Source: Massilicoli timonensis (GTDB lineage: Bacteria; Bacillota_I; Bacilli_A; Erysipelotrichales; Erysipelotrichaceae). From it: DNA of 32,000 bases. Positions 1 through 8,035 of the stretch are shown here, piece after piece (within the stretch, counting starts at the first letter, position 1; each line of letters opens with the position of its first letter). The DNA lies in NCBI RefSeq assembly GCF_900199515.1, contig NZ_LT963434.1:1772180-1804179 (forward strand), written 5' to 3'. The position numbers and the translations under genes were made by a program. A model generated the notes under the pieces. It saw only the letters and a program-made list of their open reading frames with translations. It had not been told where the DNA came from and made no database searches.

Positions 1-428
1 ATTTTGATGGAGATATTTCTCTGTGCGGCAAGCGTCTGAAAGTAAAGATTGTTTCGCATATCAAAATAGCCGCTGATGCCGTCCACAATGATTTTTATTT
101 CCACGCCGCGGTTTGCAGCGCCAAGTAGAGCGGCCATAACATCTTTTCCGGCATGGTCAGCATGAAAAGCAAAGGTAGAAAGAATTACACTCTTTTTCGC
201 CCTCTCAATCATGTGCAGCCTGTAAAGCAGCGCTTCGGTGTTATCCCGAATATAGGCAACACGCTCGCACCCCGGAATATTGGAATAAAAGCGGCGCTTT
301 TCAAAGCTGCACTTATAAGCATTGGAAATCTTTTTGTGGCGGATATAGGGAATAAACATGGCAGCCGGATAGCATATCCCCATAAATAAAATCAGCCCGC
401 CGATTGCGAAAAGAATAGTCTCTGTCAT
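1..428 (-). CDS. Phospholipase D / cardiolipin-synthase-like protein, N-terminal part (gene continues past the left edge)
   Basis: Not in the ORF track because it is truncated. Reverse-strand ATG at 428-426, with GGAG (complement of 437-440) 8 nt upstream. Hand translation: MTETILFAIGGLILFMGICYPAAMF...ERVAYIRDNTEALLYRLHMIERAKKSVILSTFAFHADHAGKDVMAALLGAANRGVEIKIIVDGISG. That is an N-terminal TM helix followed by the start of a PLD-type repeat. The HKD motif would lie beyond the edge. Confidence 0.7.
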   Translation of the reverse strand, partial: MTETILFAIGGLILFMGICYPAAMFIPYIRHKKISNAYKCSFEKRRFYSNIPGCERVAYIRDNTEALLYRLHMIERAKKSVILSTFAFHADHAGKDVMAALLGAANRGVEIKIIVDGISGYFDMRNNLYFQTLAAQRNISIK

Positions 429-546
429 AACTGTTTCTCCGTCCATTAAGAGTAGTGTAAGCCTATCATAATGGGTGGATGTTATTCTAATTCCTTGTTT
501 ATGTTAATGAAATGTAAAACACGCCCGTTTCATGCGGGAGATTTTA

Positions 547-593
547 CGTTTCATATCTCATTAACAAAAATTGAGAAGAGGATTAACATCCGC
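547..593 (+). promoter_or_regulatory. Conserved intergenic motif, copy 1 (upstream of the GT2/acyltransferase/MgtC unit)
   Basis: cgTTTCATATCTCATTAACAAAAATTGAGAAGAGGATTAACATCCGC. It aligns almost base for base with 3187-3235 and 3775-3824. It lies in the divergent region between the PLD-like gene and the GT2 gene. Confidence 0.6.
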
Positions 594-610
594 ATTTTAT
601 TATACCTGTC

Positions 611-1675
611 ATGAGAAATCTTAATGTCCCAATTTTGGAAGGGGGAGTTATTTTGAAAATCATATCATTTGTTGTGCCATGCTATAACTCAGCTGCGTAT
701 ATGAGGAAATGTATAGATTCACTGTTAGTTGCCGGGACTGATGCAGAAATCATTATTATAGATGATGGCTCTGTGTCAGATGATACGGCAGTCATTGCCG
801 ATGAATATGAAAAAAATTATCCACATATCTGCAGGACCGTCCATCAGGAGAATGGAGGGCATGGCGAGGCGGTGAATACCGGGCTTCGCTATGCAATGGG
901 ACTGTATTATAAAGTTGTGGATTCGGATGACTGGCTGGATTGCGACAGTCTTCTCCTGGTAATTAAAAAGTTGAAGGCATTTCATGCTGCAAATATCTGT
1001 GTGGATATGATGATCTGCAATTATGTATATGAACACGTCTTAGACAACACATCTAAGACGATCAGTTACACCAATGTTCTTCCGGTGAACTGTATTTTTG
1101 GATGGAAGGATGTCGGCCATTTCCGCATAGACCAAAACCTTTTGATGCATTCGGTTATATATCGGACACAGGTACTGCGGGATTGTGGATTGGTGCTGCC
1201 AAAGCATACCTTCTATGTAGATAATCTGTTTGTTTATGTACCTTTGCCATATGTAAAGACGATGTATTATATGGATTTGGATTTATATCGTTATTATATT
1301 GGGCGTGAGGATCAGTCGGTCAATGAACGGGTAATGATAGGACGCATTGACCAGCAGATTCGAGTTAATAATTTGATGATTGATGCGTACAACCTTCCAG
1401 AAGACGTAAAGAATCGGTCTCTGGCACATTATATGATGAAGTATCTGGCTATGATTTCTCTTGTTACATCGGTTATGCTGATTATTTCAGGAACCGATGA
1501 AGACCGTGTGAAACGATGTTCATTCTGGAATGATTTTAAGAAAGGAAATCCCAAAATGTACCATCACATTCGTTATAGTATTCAAGGTATTGCCAGTAAT
1601 CCACCGGGAAAATGGGCAGAGTCAGTTGTCATATGGGGATACCATATCGCACAGCGCATTTTTAAATTTAACTGA
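611..1675 (+). CDS. Glycosyltransferase family 2 (GT-A fold)
   Basis: 354-aa ORF with ISFVVPCYNSAAYMRKCIDSLL, IIIIDDGSVSDDT and KVVDSDDW blocks typical of GT2. ATG 611 has no SD. In-frame TTG 653 sits 5 nt after GGGGGAG (641-647) and is the more likely start. Confidence 0.85.
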   Translation: MRNLNVPILEGGVILKIISFVVPCYNSAAYMRKCIDSLLVAGTDAEIIIIDDGSVSDDTAVIADEYEKNYPHICRTVHQENGGHGEAVNTGLRYAMGLYYKVVDSDDWLDCDSLLLVIKKLKAFHAANICVDMMICNYVYEHVLDNTSKTISYTNVLPVNCIFGWKDVGHFRIDQNLLMHSVIYRTQVLRDCGLVLPKHTFYVDNLFVYVPLPYVKTMYYMDLDLYRYYIGREDQSVNERVMIGRIDQQIRVNNLMIDAYNLPEDVKNRSLAHYMMKYLAMISLVTSVMLIISGTDEDRVKRCSFWNDFKKGNPKMYHHIRYSIQGIASNPPGKWAESVVIWGYHIAQRIFKFN

Positions 1676-1697
1676 TGAGACGCAAAGGTATGAAAAG

Positions 1698-2429
1698 ATG
1701 AGCAGACTTAATAAGATCATTCTGAAAAACATATGGCATATCCCGGGGCTATTGATAAAACTGAACCGTATTCTCAAAGTCCCTAAAATGTACACGGAGG
1801 AAGAACGGATGGAACCGATCAGATACTTTTGTGAACGAGTTAAAAAGAGCGGTGACATCTCGGTAAAGGTATCTGGAAGAGAACATATTCCATCAGACAG
1901 AGGATTTATTTTTTATCCGAACCATCAGGGGCTGTTCGATGCGGTTGCGGTTGCTGACGGGACAGGGATTATGGTTTCTCCTCTTATTAAGAAAGAATTG
2001 ATGTCCTATCCGTTGATAAAACAGCTTTTCAGTTGCGTAGACGCAATGCCGATGGATCGCAATGATATCCGGCAGTCGATGTGCGTGCTGCAGGAGGTGC
2101 AGAAACGGGTGGAAGCCGGAAAAGTTTGTCTGATCTTCCCGGAGGGAACCAGAAGCAAACAGGGAAACAAAATGTTGGATTTCAAGCCGGGAAGCTTTAA
2201 ACCAGCGGTAAAAACCCGATGCCCCATTGTTCCCATCGCACTGGTGGATTCATTCAAACCCTTTGATACGAACACAACGGGCCATATAACGGTCCATCTT
2301 CATATCTTAAAGCCTCTGTTGTGGGAGGACTATCAGGGAATGACGACTACAGAAATTGCACAAATCGTAAAAGGAAAAATTCAGTGTGAGATGGAAACCA
2401 TACTGTTGCAAAACGGAGAGCCAGTTTAA
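1698..2429 (+). CDS. 1-acyl-sn-glycerol-3-phosphate acyltransferase family (PlsC-like) protein
   Basis: Track ORF 1530..2429 trimmed to ATG 1698, 22 nt after the GT2 stop; the upstream part overlaps GT2. It carries the HX4D block NHQGLFD and the FPEGTR block of lysophospholipid acyltransferases. Confidence 0.85.
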   Translation: MSRLNKIILKNIWHIPGLLIKLNRILKVPKMYTEEERMEPIRYFCERVKKSGDISVKVSGREHIPSDRGFIFYPNHQGLFDAVAVADGTGIMVSPLIKKELMSYPLIKQLFSCVDAMPMDRNDIRQSMCVLQEVQKRVEAGKVCLIFPEGTRSKQGNKMLDFKPGSFKPAVKTRCPIVPIALVDSFKPFDTNTTGHITVHLHILKPLLWEDYQGMTTTEIAQIVKGKIQCEMETILLQNGEPV

Positions 2430-2473
2430 GACGTCTTCTTTTTTGAAAAACTGCTGCAGCGGAGGTGGAAAAA

Positions 2474-3154
2474 ATGACGATAGTTCAATTTTTCTTGAAT
2501 ATAGGCGTAGCACTTGGCCTGGGAGGTGCTATTGGTCTGGAACGCCAGATTACAGGGCATTCCATTGGCATTCGGACCGGCGTGCTGGTTTGCATAGGAG
2601 CGAGCGTTTTTACTTCCTTTGCCTATTGTGTGCCGGACGGCGATGTGTCCAGAATGGCAGCACAGATTATAAGCGGTGTAGGTTTTCTGGGCAGCGGTAT
2701 TATTTTCAAGGATGGGTTTAATGTCCGTGGAATCAATACGGCAGCGACTATATGGTGTACGGCTGGTATTGGCGTCATGGCCGGGGCTGGTCTGTATCTG
2801 TATGCCGCCGCTGTAACTGGATGCCTGATTGCGGTAAACATTGGTCTGCGTTTGCTATCTCATGAGATTGTACACTGGCAGATTACGGATGACAGCGGTG
2901 GATTTTTCTGCTTAAATTTGGCTTGTTCTCAAGAAGGCGAAATCGAAGTGCGTGAAAAGATTGTAGCGCTCTTATCTAAGAAGAAAAACGACCTGATTTC
3001 TCTGAACTGCCAAAAGCAGGCGTCACAAACTATACTGTTTGAAGCGAAATTTATCTATAGAGGAAAGAAATATATAGAGAATAATGAACGAATCGCCGGT
3101 GAATTGCTGCGTTTAGAGCCTGTACGTGATGTCAAATGGAATGTTTCGGCTTAA
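2474..3154 (+). CDS. MgtC/SapB family membrane protein
   Basis: GGAGG at 2461-2465, then ATG 2474. GLGGAIGLERQ...GIRTGVLVCIGASVF...ISGVGFLGSGIIFK...TAATIWCTAGIGVMAG is the MgtC N-terminal membrane domain. A soluble C-terminal domain follows. Confidence 0.85.
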   Translation: MTIVQFFLNIGVALGLGGAIGLERQITGHSIGIRTGVLVCIGASVFTSFAYCVPDGDVSRMAAQIISGVGFLGSGIIFKDGFNVRGINTAATIWCTAGIGVMAGAGLYLYAAAVTGCLIAVNIGLRLLSHEIVHWQITDDSGGFFCLNLACSQEGEIEVREKIVALLSKKKNDLISLNCQKQASQTILFEAKFIYRGKKYIENNERIAGELLRLEPVRDVKWNVSA

Positions 3155-3186
3155 ATAGCCGGAACATTTTTTTGCAAACCTATTTT

Positions 3187-3235
3187 GCGTTTCATATTTC
3201 ATTAACAAAAATCGAGAAACTGACAAACAATCGTG
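3187..3235 (+). promoter_or_regulatory. Conserved intergenic motif, copy 2
   Basis: gcgTTTCATATTTCATTAACAAAAATCGAGAAACTGACAAACAATCGTG, 43 nt upstream of ATG 3278. Confidence 0.6.
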
Positions 3236-3277
3236 GGATACCATTTAGGCATCAAAGAGGAAATGAGGGTTCAGAGA

Positions 3278-3769
3278 ATGAAAAAAATATCTGTATTATT
3301 CACAAGACAGCACGACTGGTTCTCCAATCTTCTTGCAAAGCTGCGCGGGCACAAGTACAGCCATGTGTCCATTTCATTGGAAGAAGATAAGAGCGAGTTT
3401 TACAGCTTTAATATTAAGGGATTTGCCCGTGAAACCTATGAGAAATTCCGCCGGCACAATGTTAACAGCAGTATGCTGTATGAATTTGAAGTAAACGACA
3501 GTGCCTATAATGCGATACAGAGCAGAGTGGAAGAATTCAAGGCTCGATGCCAGGAAATGAAATATTCCTTTTTAAGTGTTGCGCTGTGTTTTTTCCACAT
3601 TCCGTTGCATCTAAGAAAGCACTATTTTTGCTCGGAATTTGTGGCGGAAATGCTGGTGTCTTCCCAAGCGGCATATTTGTGGGAAAAACCCTCCATGTAT
3701 CTTCCAGAACAACTGCGTTGGGAGTTGGATTGTCGGCCGGGAATCTGCAAACTTGCAAATGTGGTTTAA
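3278..3769 (+). CDS. Hypothetical protein, possible permuted papain-fold (YiiX/C92, NlpC/P60-LRAT-like) enzyme
   Basis: Track ORF 3233..3769 trimmed to ATG 3278, with GAGGG at 3265-3269 (8-nt spacing). His-then-Cys order: KYSHVSISL ... HYFCSEFVAEML resembles the H...CSE(L/F)V arrangement of permuted NlpC/P60 enzymes. The family call is tentative. Confidence 0.5.
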   Translation: MKKISVLFTRQHDWFSNLLAKLRGHKYSHVSISLEEDKSEFYSFNIKGFARETYEKFRRHNVNSSMLYEFEVNDSAYNAIQSRVEEFKARCQEMKYSFLSVALCFFHIPLHLRKHYFCSEFVAEMLVSSQAAYLWEKPSMYLPEQLRWELDCRPGICKLANVV

Positions 3770-3774
3770 CTTTC

Positions 3775-3824
3775 GGTGTTTAATATCTCATTAACAAAAA
3801 TCGGGAAGTTGATAAACAACCGTG
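3775..3824 (+). promoter_or_regulatory. Conserved intergenic motif, copy 3
   Basis: ggtGTTTAATATCTCATTAACAAAAATCGGGAAGTTGATAAACAACCGTG, directly upstream of the SDR/DegV unit. Confidence 0.6.
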
Positions 3825-3848
3825 CTGTATCATACAGCCATAATCTGA

Positions 3849-4868
3849 ATGGGGGCGTTAAAATTGAAGCGACTATATATTATCACAGGAGCAAAAGGAC
3901 ATTTAGCGAGTACAATCATTCGTTATTTGCGGGCTGAGGACTGTCATATACGGGGGCTGATCCTTCCAACAGAGGACGGCGAAGATGATTTTCAGCTTAC
4001 CTATTACAAAGGCGATGTTACGAAACCTGAAAGCTTAGAGGCTGTCTTTTCAGATATCGAATGTAATGAAGTGATTGTAATTCATGCCGCAGGAATGATC
4101 AGCATTGAAGATGAGGTTTCGCCTCAGCTGTATCAGGTCAACGTAGAAGGAACGCACAATGTGATTGCTCAGTGCTTGCGTCATCACATCAAACGGCTGG
4201 TTTATGTCAGTTCCGTTCATGCTATTCCGGAAACGGATGAAAAAGCAACCATTTCGGAAACCGTGACTTTTTCAAAAAATTCGGTTATAGGAGCTTATGC
4301 TTCTACAAAGGCAGAAGCAACACAGGCGGTCATGGAGGCTGCAAAAAGAGGTTTGGATGCCGTAATCGTGCATCCTTCCGGAATTATAGGACCTTATGAC
4401 AAAGGAAAAAATCATATCGTCCAACTGATTCAGCTGTACATTACCGGCAAGCTCCCAGCAGGCGTCACTGGCGGTTACGATTTTGTAGATGTGCGGGATG
4501 TGGCGAAGGGATGCCTGGAAGCAGCGGAGAAAGGAAAAACCGGCAACTGTTATATCCTTTCCAATCGTTATTTCACAATCAAGGAACTGCTGGGGTATGC
4601 CCGTAAAATTACAGGTGGCAGCAAAAAAATCTGTCTGCCCATTGGCCTTGCCCATGCTGTTGCCCCGCTTTTTGAGTGGAGCGCAAAGGTAAGCCATACA
4701 AGGCCCCTTTTCACGAAATATGCGTTATACACGATTTCGAGCAACGGGCATTTTTCTCATGACAAGGCAACTGCTGAACTGGGATATCGGCCGCGGGATA
4801 TGCGAGCCACGATGACCGATACTATTCAATTTCTTAATGGGAAAAATGTGCCGTTGGAAGCAGGTTGA
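3849..4868 (+). CDS. NAD(P)-dependent epimerase/dehydratase family (extended SDR, dihydroflavonol-reductase-like) protein
   Basis: Rossmann motif ITGAKGHLAS, catalytic YASTK, and the overall extended-SDR layout. Alternative in-frame start TTG 3864 lies 8 nt after GGGGG (3851-3855). Confidence 0.85.
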   Translation: MGALKLKRLYIITGAKGHLASTIIRYLRAEDCHIRGLILPTEDGEDDFQLTYYKGDVTKPESLEAVFSDIECNEVIVIHAAGMISIEDEVSPQLYQVNVEGTHNVIAQCLRHHIKRLVYVSSVHAIPETDEKATISETVTFSKNSVIGAYASTKAEATQAVMEAAKRGLDAVIVHPSGIIGPYDKGKNHIVQLIQLYITGKLPAGVTGGYDFVDVRDVAKGCLEAAEKGKTGNCYILSNRYFTIKELLGYARKITGGSKKICLPIGLAHAVAPLFEWSAKVSHTRPLFTKYALYTISSNGHFSHDKATAELGYRPRDMRATMTDTIQFLNGKNVPLEAG

Positions 4869-4951
4869 AGATAAGGGCACATATGATACGAGCAAAAATA
4901 TAATGAACAAATTCAGGGATTGGATTTCCCTTTAATCAGGAGGTAAACAAA

Positions 4952-5788
4952 ATGAGATGGAATATTATTATGGATTCAAGCTGTGATCTGCTCCCGGAGA
5001 GCAGTCAGAACGGAGGAGTGCAGATTTCCAGCGTTCCCTTTATTATCAGCGTCGGGAAAACTGATTTTGTGGACGATGAGCGCTTGGATACTTCGGTCAT
5101 GCTGAATGCTATGGAACAGTGCCCGGAGGCAAGCCATACTTCCTGCCCTTCCCCGCAGGGATGGATCAATGAGTTTGAAAGGGCAGATCAGAGCATTGCT
5201 ATTACAATCTCGTCAAAACTCTCCGGTAGCATGAACAGTGCTATGCTTGCAAAGGAAATGGTGCTGGAGCAGCATCCGGAGAAGAAAATCGCTGTATTGG
5301 ATTCTCGTTCCACCGGCCCGGAACTGGCGCTTTGCGTGGAAGAAATGAAAAAGCAAATTGACAGCGGTGCAGATTTTGAGACCGTCGTGTCCTGCGCTTC
5401 TGCTTTTCTACAGAAAACCAAGGTTATGTTTGCACTTTCCTCTTTCAATAACCTGGTGAAAAACGGGCGCATGAGCAAAATCGCCGGTTTCGTTGCACGT
5501 AAGCTCGGTATGTGGGGAATCGGCCTTGGAAGCGAGGAAGGAACCATTGAAATCAAGGGGAAAGCCCGTGGGTCGGCAAAAGCGATTGCCATGCTTCTGG
5601 AAAACATGAGAGAAAACGGATTTTCAGGCGGGAAGGTTATGATCAGCCATTGCCAGAATCCGGCTTTCGCAGAAAAGCTCAAAAGCAAAATACAGGAGCT
5701 TTGGAAAAACTGCGATGTGCGAATTTTACCAACCAGGGGTCTTTGCAGCTACTACGCCGAACGCGGCGGACTTATTTTGAGCTATTAA
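4952..5788 (+). CDS. DegV family fatty-acid-binding protein (FakB-like)
   Basis: AGGAGG at 4938-4943 upstream of ATG 4952. 278 aa with DSSCDL N-terminus, ITISSKLSGS, and DSRSTG, typical of DegV/DUF194. Confidence 0.9.
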   Translation: MRWNIIMDSSCDLLPESSQNGGVQISSVPFIISVGKTDFVDDERLDTSVMLNAMEQCPEASHTSCPSPQGWINEFERADQSIAITISSKLSGSMNSAMLAKEMVLEQHPEKKIAVLDSRSTGPELALCVEEMKKQIDSGADFETVVSCASAFLQKTKVMFALSSFNNLVKNGRMSKIAGFVARKLGMWGIGLGSEEGTIEIKGKARGSAKAIAMLLENMRENGFSGGKVMISHCQNPAFAEKLKSKIQELWKNCDVRILPTRGLCSYYAERGGLILSY

Positions 5789-5801
5789 GGAGGATTGCGT
5801 T

Positions 5802-5939
5802 ATGAAAACTTGGGAAATTGCAGCAAGGATAGTGGGTTCTCTGGCCTTGATCGGCGGACTTATATGCGCGGCATTATCAATTAGTGAGCACTGTAAGAGA
5901 AAACAGATTGCTTGTGATGAGGAACCAATGTTCATATAG
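5802..5939 (+). CDS. Small hydrophobic protein (45 aa, one predicted TM helix)
   Basis: Below the track's size cut-off. AAGGAGG (5788-5794) lies 7 nt before ATG 5802. Hand translation MKTWEIAARIVGSLALIGGLICAALSISEHCKRKQIACDEEPMFI, stop TAG 5937-5939. Confidence 0.45.
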   Translation: MKTWEIAARIVGSLALIGGLICAALSISEHCKRKQIACDEEPMFI

Positions 5940-5999
5940 TTTCCCTGTGGGAACAGTTTGAAATCCACAAGCTAAAACTTATGTAAGGAGGATAGCAAC

Positions 6000-7997
6000 G
6001 TGGCCAATATTCACGATTACCTGCATTGGCGCGGGGATTTACCAATAGAACAGTTTCCTTTCAATGAAGTAGATGCTCTGATTCTGGCGAAGCTGTCATA
6101 CATACCGTTTGAAAAGATTTCTTTACAATCTGAGTCCACGCCGATTTCCATTCGGGCTGCGGCGCTTTCTCTGCTTGCCCTGCCGGATCTCGAACAGTGC
6201 GTTCACCTTAAAGACGATATAGATTTGCTGCGTGAGCTGTCCGGGAGCCTGCGGTTTTGCTGTATGCAGCTTACGAACTATGTGAATCAAATTGAGGAAG
6301 AAAATCAAACGCAGTTTTCAGCGATTACAGTTCATGTCACAGATCAATTCAATTATGCTGTATTCCGTGGAACGGACGCCACGTTGGTGGGATGGAAAGA
6401 AAACTTTAATATGAGCTTTATCTTTCCTGTTCCGGCACAAAAACGCGCATTGAAATATCTGGAGGATGTATCAACAGCAACAGACAGTCATTTCATTGTG
6501 GCCGGCCATTCCAAGGGCGGAAATCTGGCGATGTACGCCGCTGCCTTCTGTAATAAAGAAACGCAGGATCGAATTACTGCCGTATATAACTTTGACGGAC
6601 CTGGTTTCAATGAAAAGGTGCTTGTCACGCCTGAATATCAGCGTATCTGCAGTAAGATGACAACCTTCGTCCCACAGGATTCCATCGTCGGCCTGCTTTT
6701 GGAACATGAGGAACAATACATTATTGTAAAAAGCATGGAAAAATCCGTTATGCAGCACGATATTTCTTCCTGGGAAGTGGAACGGGATCATCTTTTCTAT
6801 CTCGATCAGGTAACGAACAGCAGCCAGTTTATCGACCGTACCCTGAAGGGGTGGATTGCTGATATGGATGTAGGTCAGCGAGAAAAATTTGTGGATGCAC
6901 TTTATTCCATTCTCGCAAAAACCAAGGCGCATACGCTGCAAGAGCTGGATGACCGATGGTTTGAGTGTACCATGGTAATTTTGTCTACACTTGGAAGCTT
7001 AGATGAAGAAACACGAAAACTTATTACCGAAGCTTTGTCGCTTCTGGTAAAAAATGCAAAAAAGAATTTTGGGCAAATTAGCGAATTATGGGAAGTCCAT
7101 GAATCTGTAGGAACCCCAAAAGTTAGAGGAAATCAAGATATGAACAATGTCATTATAACGGTTGAGTCGGGTTCTGATATGCCTAAGGATCTGGCACAGT
7201 ATTACGGTATCCGTGTGGTGCCGATGCATATTACATTTGGAAATCAAACAAAAGACGACGGCTCTTTTCCGGTCTCCGATATCTGTGATTATTACGAAAC
7301 AACCGGGAATATTCCAAAAACAAGCGGAAGCACGCCGAGTGATTTTATTACCATATTTGAACAAATCCACAAAGAGTATCCGAAAAAATCTATCCTGCAC
7401 CTTGCCTATTCCGCAGTAACAACCTGTTCTTATCAGAGCGCCGTGCTTGCGTCGGAAGGCTGTGACTATATTGCCTGTGTAGACACAAAGCAGGTTACCG
7501 TAGGGCAGACTGCGATAGCAGTTCGGGTTGCGCAGGAACTGAAAAAACACCCAGAATGGTCTTTGGAAGAGGCTGTGCAGTTTGCGCAGAAGGTAATAAA
7601 AAGTACGGAAATGTGTTTTGCCCCCCAAAACCTATCTTTTCTTCGCGCAGGAGGCAGAGTTAGCAATGCTGCGGCTCTTATAGGGAATATACTCCATCTT
7701 CATCCGGTAATCGAGCTGAAAAGTGGCCGTTTGGTTGCTGTGAAAAAGTTGAGAGGAAAGATGGAGCGGACTATCCCTAAACTTATGGAAGAATTTACAA
7801 CATCAAAAAATCTGGACAGAGAAATGATTTGGCTGGGCTCCACCATAGGCTTACCGGAAGACGTCAAACGGATTGCAGAAGATACCGCCCATAAACTTGG
7901 CTTCCAAACTATTTACTGGATATCTGCCGGCGGTGTTATTACAACGCATGGTGGACCGGGGGCGTTTGCAATGGCCGGTTATTCCGTTACAGAGTAA
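6000..7997 (+). CDS. Fusion protein: DUF2974/Mbeg1-like alpha/beta-hydrolase (lipase-like) N-terminal domain + DegV fatty-acid-binding C-terminal domain
   Basis: GTG 6000 lies 8 nt after AAGGAGG (5985-5991). The N-terminal ~365 aa have the nucleophile elbow GHSKGG and FRGTD...GWKENF, as in DUF2974 lipase-like hydrolases. From internal ATG 7140 (MNNVIITVESGSDMPKD...) to the end it is a full DegV domain. The reading frame is continuous in this sequence. Confidence 0.85.
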   Translation: MANIHDYLHWRGDLPIEQFPFNEVDALILAKLSYIPFEKISLQSESTPISIRAAALSLLALPDLEQCVHLKDDIDLLRELSGSLRFCCMQLTNYVNQIEEENQTQFSAITVHVTDQFNYAVFRGTDATLVGWKENFNMSFIFPVPAQKRALKYLEDVSTATDSHFIVAGHSKGGNLAMYAAAFCNKETQDRITAVYNFDGPGFNEKVLVTPEYQRICSKMTTFVPQDSIVGLLLEHEEQYIIVKSMEKSVMQHDISSWEVERDHLFYLDQVTNSSQFIDRTLKGWIADMDVGQREKFVDALYSILAKTKAHTLQELDDRWFECTMVILSTLGSLDEETRKLITEALSLLVKNAKKNFGQISELWEVHESVGTPKVRGNQDMNNVIITVESGSDMPKDLAQYYGIRVVPMHITFGNQTKDDGSFPVSDICDYYETTGNIPKTSGSTPSDFITIFEQIHKEYPKKSILHLAYSAVTTCSYQSAVLASEGCDYIACVDTKQVTVGQTAIAVRVAQELKKHPEWSLEEAVQFAQKVIKSTEMCFAPQNLSFLRAGGRVSNAAALIGNILHLHPVIELKSGRLVAVKKLRGKMERTIPKLMEEFTTSKNLDREMIWLGSTIGLPEDVKRIAEDTAHKLGFQTIYWISAGGVITTHGGPGAFAMAGYSVTE

Positions 7998-8035
7998 AAT
8001 TCGTCGTTGCGGATGTCAGGAGGTGATGAAACAAA

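Noticed and set aside
547-3824. Reading the shared motif as an ECF-sigma promoter (GAAAC ... CGTG)
   Set aside because: The distance between the AAC-like and CGT-like elements is about 11 nt, against the 16-17 nt of known ECF promoters. Copy 1 also lacks CGT. The motif is kept as an unassigned regulatory element.
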